Source: Phoronis australis (lineage: Eukaryota; Animalia; Phoronida). From it: a stretch of DNA of 64,000 bases. This document shows, piece by piece, positions 44,401-56,400 of this stretch; position 1 is the stretch's first letter, and each line of letters starts with the position of its first letter. Under the pieces are notes generated by a model, which was not told the origin of the DNA, did no database searches, and was given only the letters and a program-made list of their open reading frames with translations. A program made the position numbers and the translations under genes. Location of the stretch: positions 337,640 to 401,639 of the forward strand of contig NMRA01000220.1 of NCBI GenBank assembly GCA_002633005.1, written 5' to 3'.

Positions 44401-47400
44401 TCAGTTTCGTAGCTAATTCACCTAAATAATTACGTGCACATTATTTCTTTGGCTCACTATTATAGTCTTTTCATGACTGGAGGTTTAGTTTCCAACTTAA
44501 GCTGGTTTATGTTTGTGATGTCCACTCCGGCAGCCGCGATGGACCTGATCGGATTCCGAGCAACTGGCAGGGAATAACAAACGTTTTGTGTGTTTAGAAC
44601 TGAAAAATTCGTAAGTCTAAAAGTACAACACACAGCTATGCTCCCCCGTCTGTATTTCACGGAAAAATGAATTGAATTTACCACCAAACAGACTCAAACT
44701 CCCGCGATCGACCATGGTAAATTGGCCAACCGAACTCTGTAGGCTACTGTACCTATAAATACCTATAAATCCGTAACAGTAAAATAGAACAACACGTTTG
44801 TTCAAGAACTCGATGTATTTGTAAGGGGTTTACATCGAATTTTTTTGATTTATTGGTGTAAAACGATGAACTCAAGCGATAAGTGGACACCAGAAAGCGT
44901 GTTGTGAACGGCGGAACAGACTGCGTTCGAACCGATTACGTCATTGGTTAATTTCAACACCTCCGTCTGCCCTTACGTGTCAGGTAAAACAATTGAGCTT
45001 GCTGTTATCGAGTAGAACTACTCGATCTAAATTGATACCAAATAGGTTGTTTTTGGGTGGCATTCTCCTTAAAATTGCATAAAAACCATTTTTTTATGAA
45101 GTTCTTAACTAAAATGAGGCGTAAGTGTATAAGTGGAATACCTCAGTCCATTTTCCTACCTACTGTTCAGCAGCCATATACACAGCCGTGGGACGAGGAA
45201 GTGAACTGTTCTCGTAACATGTTTGACATAATTCGCACTATATTTGTAAATCTTGTGTCGCTCCTCAGAGTGCTTTCGTATGGATGGTTTTCATCAGTAG
45301 GAAATAGTAAAATGGAATTTGTTATTAAACAAAACAACAAAAAACAAAAATCGAATTTTATGTTTTGTTAGAACAAATTTCTTTGTTTTTGAAAATGGAA
45401 ATGTTCTCTAAGAAATCTATAATTTCTCTCCTGCGTGTTACCTCTATCCGGTCGCCTTGCTGACTTCTTGGGTGCGTCATCAATTAGCAGTGTGTCAAGA
45501 GGTAAACTGTCAGGTAAGATGAAGTAGCGGATATTGTTACCACGGATACTGAGTGTGTCCAGCTGCACTGGGTCTCTGTTTTTTATGGTCATCTTCACAG
45601 CCTTCAGATGTGTATTCATGGACACGTCCACACCTGAAGTGAATACAGGCACTAGAGCAACACACAACGCCCGATGGTACGAAAACACTGAATTTCCATC
45701 TGGAGGGATGAGTAAAATCTTACCTCACCAATTCATTGCTGAGGTCGCCAAAATTATGATTTAGTAATCCAAACATTCATATGCCACCGAGTATATCAAG
45801 GAAATTTAAACGTATATTCTCAATTGAGTTACACTGAACTGGTGTTTCGAAGAGCTATGAACTTCAATGATGATTAAACATGTACAACCCAATGCTAGAA
45901 ACTAACTTTACAGGGAAACCTGTAGACAAGATTTCCTTTTGTTGTATTAGCAACAAGTGTCACTCGCTAGAAATCCTCATCCACTGACCCATATCCAAGT
46001 AGCTCACAAACTGGGTGGATACACAATGTACACTGCAATCATAGGTTTGTACGATTGCACAATGACTCTTGCTCATAATTATCAACAAGCTTGTTTGAGA
46101 AATACTAAGTGGTGGACAGCCTCAGAACTTAACGTCACGTTTGAATTTGATCAATTATAATTTGAAGTCGCGGTTGATGCATAAGGCTCAGGCTGACGTG
46201 ACTTTTGACCATCTAAGGTCACACTCTGCAATCTGGTAATTGCACCAGAAACATAACAACTGGCTGCTTTGATCACTTTACGACCGGAGCAGACAAAATG
46301 CTCCGTAGTTGTGAGTATTCTCTTGTACGTATGTAAAAAAATGGAGGTCAAAATAAGTCAAAGTTAAATGAAGCTAGAACCAAATCAGCGAAAACATAAT
46401 TTGTTCACGTAGTTTGCGCTTTTCATACACAAAATAAATCTCCAGATTAAGAAGGTAATTTTAAGCTAAGCAGTCTACACATCTTTGCACCAGCACCGGC
46501 AGTACTGGCAGAAAATGTCTCAAAGAAGCACTTTCACAAATGTATCATCTAAGGTACGAGATGATAAAGCCGACCTGTGACCAAGAGAATGGCCCATGAT
46601 TGCTAGGTTGACGAAGGTTTCCTACCTGTTATTGTCCCGTGGACTTGTGTGCCATTTTTTAATTCGATCGTAACCGTTTCATGACTTAACTTCATGAGAA
46701 ACCTGTAACAGAGATAAAATGTTAGAATCCAACAGCGTCAGGATTTGGGAAGTGTCTCTATAAAGGACATGGTGTTCACTAGAAAGGAAGTTCCACATTC
46801 CACCGGTAAGGTCCAGAAGCCCCGTGTATGCAGTATAAGCCAGTGTTTGACATAACGACTGCTAGGCCGAGACTCAATAATTTCAACCTGCATTTTGCAT
46901 TTTTCGACCTAGAAAATCGTACCAGGCGATGAAATTCAACCAGAAATCAACCCGGATGAACTGATATTCAAGGAATTTTTTGGCTTGGAAAATGTGAACA
47001 CCTTACTGTATGTATTGTAAAAATGGAAACCTTACACATTTTAAATCCACCGACAAGCTTTGGATGAAACAATGAAATTTTTAAGGACTGTGATAATTAT
47101 CCACAAACTGTACGTCATAAAGGTGCATTTTGCACTGTTTAGCTCTCTCTTAAACACATTTCGAGTTCATGTCCAAAGAGTTTCTGTGTTCAAAACTTTA
47201 CTATGCCTAAGTAGATGGAAACGTTTTTATTTTTTGAAAGGGCGTGTAAGTAAGGTTTTAAATGCTGTTGCTTGTTCAGTGAGCCAGAAGAGCTATAAAT
47301 GACAGAAATACCGTATTCGCCGTAATAACCGCTCAGGGCGATTAGAAAAGTTCGTTTCGGGGACTAAAAAGAATAAAAAACGAAGGTACCACCTCCAGAA

Positions 47401-50400
47401 GCGTGCGTCTGCATCTTTTCAGCTCCTCCGCTCACTTCCACCTCCACATTTTTGGCTGTAGAGTCGTAATATTTGTCACCGCGATTTACAATCAAACGAG
47501 ACGCCATTCAAGAAATCCACCACACTATCCCAGGTGCCCCGGCAATGTTGACAATTTACGTTCCTCCGAAACATAAAGAGCAAGTTCCGCTTTTTCGAGG
47601 TGAAAGTCGGAAACGCCGCGGTAAGAAATAAATTTGCCGCGGAAATTTTATATCAAATCTGATTTTTTTTGACGCACAAATATAATAAAGTACGCGGACA
47701 GAAATTTGAAAAAAGCGGAAATCCGCGTTTCCGCGGAAAATTCCAAGCCTTGATTATAACCCAAGGCCGTTGAAACCCGGTCTCCGAAATGGGTGAAATC
47801 GGAAGCTAAGATTCATCTTATTTACGCTCTCTGACGTACCTGTAATCCATAAAAACTTTCTACAAAACCGCGGTGCATTGCTATCAAACTTTGGTGCTAA
47901 ATTACGATCATTTTACAGAAAATTGTGCTGAAATCCCAGGGTGAAAACTAGCTGACTGCCTGCCTCGCAATCGTCGATATGGCGACTTGAATGGTTGAAT
48001 AAAAATACAGTTTCGACTCGAGCAAATTACCTGAAATCCTCCTTAACTTGTCCAAGTAGCGTCCCTAAGATTTTAAGTTCCCATGGAGTCGAGATCACAG
48101 CAGGTTTATATACAAATCTGTGCTAGTACATCATGCCATCTACATGTATGATCGGCAACATGAGAAAAATGTCTAGATGAATACACATGTTGTTGTCACG
48201 TGACGTTTGTTTTGAAGTTGTCTGCGTTTGTGAGTAAACGAGCACGTGAGTTTCACCAGAGTTCATTTGCCAGAGCAGATATCGTCTTTTGGTCAGAGCC
48301 AGGCAATCTAACGAGCTAGATGTGCATTATATCTAAAGAAATTTGCACAAGCAGTAGGCCTAAACCAGAGCGTTTTTCATTCAGCACTTGGCGGTCTCAT
48401 GTCCCTAAACACGCTCGACATTTGTCTCGGTTAGGCCACATTAGTCGCCTTGTGGATGCAGCGTACGTGACTATCTGACAGTTATTTTTTCGGTGTAAGG
48501 GTGTGTAAGCATTCACTGTCAGTGGTCATTTTATCGGATATTTGGCTTAAAAACACCAATTATGGTTAATCAAACAATTCATCTTAAAAATAACGCAAAT
48601 ATTTTTTATAGCATTAGAAACTGTCGGAAATTAGTGCCAATATTCATTTCTTGCCAATGCTATGCTACCCGTTTCATGAATGGATAGTTCCCGACTAAAG
48701 TCTGTGATGACAAGTTCATGTATGTAGCGCGCGCTTCCTGGCCACGTGCTTTTAACACTGGCCAAGCTTTTTATAAGTCTACGATTCGCGGTTTTAATGA
48801 GTAGGCCTACAAAAAAATTTGGATTCCTGTTGAAAGCGGGAAATATCTACAAAGCAATCCTGTAGACAAGTACACTACTTCTGTTCTGAAAGGCCAGACC
48901 ATTGGTCCTCGCAATATCAGCAGAATTTTTGTGTTCGTTTTGAGGCATAGCGGAAGTTTGAAGTGTATAGTCACGACTAAATACTAACATAGCGGTGAGG
49001 CTCGTGGTCTACAAATTCTGGGCACAATGATTTTTTGAGGACTGACGGATATTATTGATAAATTGAAGACGTTACTGTAGAATTTTAGGACTGTAGGTAA
49101 GGCATTTTTTGCACGTAGACATTCATGGACTGGGGGCTTATTTTAGCAAAGTCTGAAAACGCTTGGGGGGGTGCGCTTATAGTAGCATGGGCGGTTATTA
49201 CGGTGAATACGGTATGTTGAAAATATGTCCTCTAAGGCCACACTTCACAGGGCTCGACATAACGAGCTGCAGGTCGCATTTGCGACCTGAAATTTGGAAA
49301 TGCGAGCTGAGATTTTTGTCAGCTCGTATAAAGTCGCAAAATGCGACCTGGAATTTCCAACGAATGTGAGCTGAGTTTTTACACTTCTCATCGGATACCT
49401 GGCAAATACAAAGCAGCTCTTGTTAAACCGACCGTTATTTGGTTGTTGCCAAATACAAGTTCAAAAGAACACTAACCGAGAACAGCCCTCTCGATGACTT
49501 GTAAGCAAGTCGCGTGAACATGGGATATGCAGAATCGATCTTTGACGCGTTTCATTGGCTAACACTTTCGGCCACTTTTGTAAATTCCCGAATTCGCCGA
49601 AGAAAGTTTCGGGCCACTGCTTACACGTGATAAAACTTCACAAAACAACGGTGTTTCGATTAATTCTTACGCGATCACCTTACCAAACATTGTGGTGGAC
49701 AAAAATGTTTATTTTTCACATAAGATGTCCTTATTACATGTACCAAATATCCAAGACAATATCCCAGATATTGCGCTGCAGCACTGTTAGCGCGCAAGCG
49801 GTCCCGGCAGACAATCGTGACTTAAACTGAGATGTGCTTCTCCTTTTATCGTATTAAGACAGCCAAAGTGAAAATGACAACCTTATTTATCGCCAAATGA
49901 CGGTCACGTCTTTACTTTTAGTTGCCAAGATATTCTCAAACCCTTTACTTGTTTGTGGGGCTACTGTACGTGCGCGAAATATGATTTGTCTTTTACACGT
50001 TGTTGCCAACGTAAAGTGTAGGCCTACTCCAGCGATTCAAGTGCGTGAACTCACACGTGCGCACCACTCCAAAGAACAGCGACAGTCCTAAATGAAAGAG
50101 TATACCGGTTTGGCTGGTTTATTTGAAAATGAACTCAGATTCCCAGCGGTTATAAAAGACCCGATGTCCCGGGACCGATATAACCCAGAACTAACGTTAT
50201 CCTGTTTCGATGTTTCCCGAGGTCGATGTTCTGTAAACCCTGTATTCTACGCCCACTAGCCATCTATTGCAACTAAACTGGCAATAGATGCGAAATTGTG
50301 GATCAAGTTAACGAACGTTTCATTCTTCTCTTTATACACCCCCCCCCCCCCCCCCCACGGCAACTTTTCGCTCCCCGAACCACCGTCGCCGTAAAATGTT

Positions 50401-53400
50401 CAGACTCCTATAGAAACAACCTTGTTCCGGCTGAGGCGGGCAATTAAAAACAAAATCATTCCGGGTGGCTAAAAAGGGTACAATGTAGGTGGTAACGATA
50501 TCCAGAAGTCACCCCTACGAGATGGAGTTTGCCTCGCAAAATCGTATTATTTATAACGTTTCTAATACCATTGCAGCGTTTTAATATCTTATTACCCAAA
50601 CACTGAGGTTAACGACTATGGTCACGCACAAGCTTACGCCCTACCTTTAAAGTGTTTCATAATAAGCGCTCACTGATCTATTAAAAGTCCCCCCTTAAAT
50701 TTTTTGAGAATTTCCAATGAAGCGCCCACAGTTCAAGCTAGCGCCCATCATAGCGCACTACAAACGACCGCGTGTGATTTAAAATTGTCACGCAGCTTAT
50801 ATGGTGTGTCACTTTCATTTTACACAACTTCAGTTTTCAAAAACGTCTTTTCACAATATGTAAAAACCAAATCCTGGCTTTGTTTTATACCTGGGAAAGA
50901 AAGTTAACACTAGTGACATGCGTGTCNNNNNNNNNNNNNNNNNNNNNNNNNNNNNNNNNNNNNNNNNNNNNNNNNNNNNNNNNNNNNNNNNNNNNNNNNN
51001 NNNNNNNNNNNNNNNNNNNNNNNNNNNNNNNNNNNNNNNNNNNNNNNNNNNNNNNNNNNNNNNNNNNNNNNNNNNNNNNNNNNNNNNNNNNNNNNNNNNN
51101 NNNNNNNNNNNNNNNNNNNNNNNNNNNNNNNNNNNNNNNNNNNNNNNNNNNNNNNNNNNNNNNNNNNNNNNNNNNNNNNNNNNNNNNNNNNNNNNNNNNN
51201 NNNNNNNNNNNNNNNNNNNNNNNNNNNNNNNNNNNNNNNNNNNNNNNNNNNNNNNNNNNNNNNNNNNNNNNNNNNNNNNNNNNNNNNNNNNNNNNNNNNN
51301 NNNACATTGTTCTGCTAGTTGAAATCGATCTAAAAGCCCTTTTGTACTTAATTTCGGTCTGAGCAGAGTGTCGACAGGGCTCGACGCTATTAAAATCGCC
51401 AGGTCGCATTTTGCGACCTAGCCAAAATCCCAGGTCGCATTTTCAAAATCCAGCTCGCATTCGTAAATGCCAGGTCGCAAAATTTTCCCGCCATTTTTAC
51501 GCGCCAAAATAGATTTTTTAGATCATCTAGAAAATGTTTAGATTATGCTCTTATCTGCAGCGTTAAATACTCACAAATTTCGGATCTCAAAATTGACTTC
51601 ATTCATGGAGGTACGGCCTTATTGTGATCTTCACGACCGCCATTGAAAGACTCTAGAGCGCAAGGCAAGTTGCCGGCGTGAAAGTTGAATCAGTGCTCTC
51701 TAACTGACATTCGAGTAGCTAAATTTGCAATGTGAAAAGGGAGAAAATGCCCGTTGAAAAAGTATCCGGGATTTTGTTAGATCTGGTCTGCTACTGGCCG
51801 TCATCAAAGTCGTTAACGATTCAAACTAACTCGGGTAATCGCCGCGAGTTTGCTCTTCAATACTCTCCAAGTACGGGAAAAATAGGTCAGTCGCAAAACG
51901 ACACGCTCGTCACTAGTGTTAACTTTCTTTCCGAGGTATAAAACAAAGCCGGGATTTGGTTTTTACATATTGTGAAAAGACGTTTTTGAAAACTCCATAT
52001 AAGCTGCGTGTCAATTTTAAACCACATGCGGTCGTTTGTAGTGCGCAATGATGGGCGCTAGCTTGAACTGTGGGCGCTTAATTGGAAATTTTCAAAATTT
52101 AAGGGGGGACTTTTAATAGATCAGTGAGCGCTTATTATGAAACACTTTTAAGGTAGGGAGTAGGCTTGTGCGTGAGCATAGTCGTTAACCTCAGTGTTTG
52201 CGGTAATAAGATATTAAAACGCTGCAATGGGTAAGAAAAGTTATAATAATACGATTTTGCGAGGCAAACTCCATCTGGTAGGGGTGACTTTCTGGATATC
52301 GTTACCACCTACATTGTACCCTTTTTAGCCACCCGGAATGATTTTTTTAACTGCCCGCTTCAGCCGGAACAAGGTTGTTTCTATAGGAGTCTGAACATTT
52401 TACGGCGACGGTGGTTCGNNNNNNNNNNNNNNNNNNNNNNNNNNNNNNNNNNNNNNNNNNNNNNNNNNNNNNNNNNNNNNNNNNNNNNNNNNNNNNNNNN
52501 NNNNNNNNNNNNNNNNNNNNNNNNNNNNNNNNNNNNNNNNNNNNNNNNNNNNNNNNNNNNNNNNNNNNNNNNNNNNNNNNNNNNNNNNNNNNNNNNNNNN
52601 NNNNNNNNNNNNNNNNNNNNNNNNNNNNNNNNNNNNNNNNNNNNNNNNNNNNNNNNNNNNNNNNNNNNNNNNNNNNNNNNNNNNNNNNNNNNNNNNNNNN
52701 NNNNNNNNNNNNNNNNNNNNNNNNNNNNNNNNNNNNNNNNNNNNNNNNNNNNNNNNNNNNNNNNNNNNNNNNNNNNNNNNNNNNNNNNNNNNNNNNNNNN
52801 NNNNNNNNNNNNNNNNNNNNNNNNNNNNNNNNNNNNNNNNNNNNNNNNNNNNNNNNNNNNNNNNNNNNNNNNNNNNNNNNNNNNNNNNNNNNNNNNNNNN
52901 NNNNNNNNNNNNNNNNNNNNNNNNNNNNNNNNNNNNNNNNNNNNNNNNNNNNAAACACCGTTGTTTTGTGAAGTTTTATCACGTGTTAAGCAGTGGCCCG
53001 AAACTTTCTTCGGCGAATCCGGAAATTTACAAAAGTGGCCGAAAGTGTTAGCCAATGAAACGCGTCAAAGATCGATTCTGCATATCCCATGTTCACGCGA
53101 CTTGCTTACAAGTCATCGGGAGGGCTGTTCTCGGTTTGTGTTCTTTTGAACTTGGACTTGGCAACAACCAAATAACGATCGGATTAACAAGTGCTGCTTT
53201 GTATTTGCCAGGCATCTGTTGAGAAGTGTAAAAACTCAGCTCGCATTCGTTGGAAATTCCAGGTCGCATTTTGCGACTTGATACGAGCTGACAAAAATCG
53301 CAGCTCGCAATTCCAAATTTCAGGTCGCGGATGCGACCTGCAGCTCGTTATGTCGAGCCCTGACTTTACGTTGGCAACAACGTGTAAAAGACAAATCATG

Positions 53401-56400
53401 TTTCGCGCACGTACAGTAGCCCCACAAACAAGTAAAGGGTTCGAGAGTATCTTGGCAACTGAAAGTAAAGACGTGACCCTCGCTTGGCGATTAATAAGGT
53501 TGTCATTTTCACTTTGGCTGTCTTAAAAGGAGAAGCACATCTCAGTTTAAGTCACGATTGTCTGCCGGGACCGCTTGCGCGCTAACGGTGCTGCAGCACG
53601 ATATCAGGGATATTGTCTTGGATATTTGGTACATGTAATAAGGACATCTTATGTGAAAAATAAACATTTTTGTCCACCACAAAGTTTGGTAAGGTGATCG
53701 CTTAAGAATTAATAGAAACACCGTTGTTTTGTGAAGTTTTATCACGTGTAAGCAGTGGCCCGAACCTTTTTTTGGCGAATCCGGGAATTTACAAAAGTGG
53801 CCGAAACTGTTAGCCAATGAAACGCGTCAAAGATCGATTCTGCATATCCCATGTTCACGCGACTTGCTTACAAGTCATCGAGAGGGCTGTTCTCGGTTAG
53901 TGTTCTTTTGAGCTTGTATTTGGCAACAACCAAATAACGGTCCGTTTAACAAGAGCTGCTTTGTATTTGCCAGGTATCTGATGAGAAGTGTAAAAACTCA
54001 GCTCGCATTCGTTGGAAATTCCAGGTCGCATTTTGCGACTTTATACGAGCTGAGATTTTCCAAATTTCACGTCGCAAATGCGACCTGCAGCTCGTTATGT
54101 CGAGCCCTGACTTTGATGACGGCCAGTAGCAGACCAGATCTAACAAAATCCCGGATACTTTTTCAACAGGCTTTTTCTCCCTTTTCACATCGCGAAATTT
54201 AGCTACTCGAATGCACAAGTCAGTTAGAGAGCACTGATTCAACTTTCACGCCGGCAACTTGCCTTGCGCTCTAGAGACTTTCAATGGCGGTCGTGAAGAC
54301 AGTAAGGCCGTACCTGCATGAATGAAGTCAATTTTGAGATACGAAATTTGTGAGTATTTGACGCTGCAGGTAAGAGCATAATCTAAACATTTTCTCGATG
54401 ACCTAAAAATCTATTTTGGCGTGTAAAAATGGCGGGAAAATTTTGCGACCTGGCATTTACGAATGCGAGCTGGATTTTGAAAATGCGACCTGGAATTTTG
54501 GCTTGGTCGCAAAATGCGACCTGGCGATTTTAATAGCGTCGAGCCCTGCTTCAATGTATGAATCACATAGTGTACTTGAGCACAGAGCAGGCCTTCATGC
54601 AGCGTACTTCTTGGGCGTCCAAAATGGATGACCTCGCACTAATCTGGACGCCCTGGCAAGGACGCCCTATGCAGTGTTCTCCACCTCCACTTTTAATGTA
54701 TTGCAGCATCCTGTTTGGCCGAACACGTGTCCTGTTTAAATACCCATGTCCTGTTTAAATGTCCCGCATCCTGTTTAAATGTCCCGTGTCCTGTTTAAAT
54801 ATCCTTGACTGGTTTTGAAAATTAGAGACCAGTTTGTAAAAAAGGCGTCGTCATTGTCAATAAGGTCTTACGCTTGACAGCAACTGCCCACATCCCATTG
54901 AAACTGAATAAAAGCCAAGTGGTCAGTTGTCTAATGCCTAATCACGGATCTTACTCAAGTGGCACACTGGCCACAAGTCTATGGTGTAATGCAGCTTATA
55001 AATAATTGCTCAATCATCCTTTCAATTCAGCTTGAAGAACTACTCGTACTCAATTGACTTTAAACAAAGGCCCAATGCCACCTACAAGCCTAATCCCCTA
55101 CCTGCTCACTGGAATTGCAGTCCAGCAGGAAAGTCACTTATTCTTAGGGCCTAATCACTTTTGTAGTCACCTTTTGTATTTGGTGGACAACTGATCATAT
55201 AACCCATTGAAAACAATTAAAGGCTAATGCCACCCGATTTAATTAGCCTTTTTTGCCGTCTTAATCGATCTATTTTCACATCGCCTCGCATACGGTCGAC
55301 CTTACCTTGCCAAGAGGTGTCGCGTTAACCTGTGAGGAAGGTGAGAAACGACGCTAGCGACGTCAGTGGTTCATATGCAGAGTGAATGCCGGTACGTTGC
55401 GGTGTATCGTTCCCGCTTGTCCGAACTAAGCAGCCGCGAGGAAAGCGAGTATATCATTTTTTTTTACTTCCTCGAGAGTCCGAAATGCTTAGGAAGTGGC
55501 TCATGGTAGTGAAGAATGAAATGTACGCTGTAAATAGCAAGTATGAGGCCGTGAAACATCTCCGTGTCTGTGGCCTGCAGACGACGTCGACAGTGCCTCA
55601 CGGCTTACCAAATAACTACATACGTTCCGTTGTCTGAGCTTGTTCACAGCGCCTCTCTAGTATTTCTTCATCACTGTATTCCTGTTCGAATTGATAGCCT
55701 GTAAAACTTAACGATCCACCTGCGAAGTCAGGACTGATGAGCCGCTCTAGCTCGTCCTAAGTCGGGATTGCGAGTTGCCATGTTTGGCGTTTATTAGTGA
55801 GCGTTCTGTTTCAAAATGAATTATTTTCACCCTAACCAATACTTATATAAAACTGAAACAAAGTCTGTCTCATTAGATGCAATTTGTATTGCCTTTGGAG
55901 TGTCCGTGAGTGCACGAAATGATTTGAGAAGCCAGCAATGAATAAATCACTGCGTTACCGGCTTTAGGAGCAATAAAACTAATTGACGGGACACCGAGGC
56001 CGTGTGAGCTCATGCTAATTTAGTGTTTGCTGGCAGAAACTGTTGTGAAACAACTCGACTTCCCTCCCACGACCAGGTGTTAGGGGAATCTTTATTTACA
56101 TTTACATTACTCAAATAATGATTATCAATGTTTAACTTCTGCCCTGACGGTGCTGTGGTCAAAGCGGAACGAATTCGCGGCCCCGGACGAGTAACTGAAG
56201 TAGATTTGCAGTTTCGTGGCTAATTCACCAACATAATCACGTGCACATTACTTTGGCTCACTAGTATAGTATTTTCTTGACTGGAAGTTTAGTTTCCATT
56301 GAACTTTGGCTGGTTTGTTCGTGATGTCTGATCAGCTTCCGAGCCACTGGTCGGGATAACGAGTCAATCCGGCCGGCCGCGATGGGCCTGATCGGGCTCC

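Larger units (their letters stand above)
49248..54548. mobile_element. Composite of nested and inverted copies of one ~2.2-kb CAGGGCTCGAC-terminus (hAT-like) element
   Basis: Element ends at 49248, 51375, 53362, 54109 and 54548; CTTCA flanks both outer ends; subterminal CAGGTCGCA/TGCGACCTG motif arrays. Confidence 0.85.

Noticed and set aside
48702-48770. Box C-like TGTGATGA (snoRNA)
   Set aside because: Antisense to the host gene, inside a transposon, with no proper box D or terminal stem
50880-53055. Long ORFs of 134-224 aa in the ORF track
   Set aside because: Artefacts of N runs
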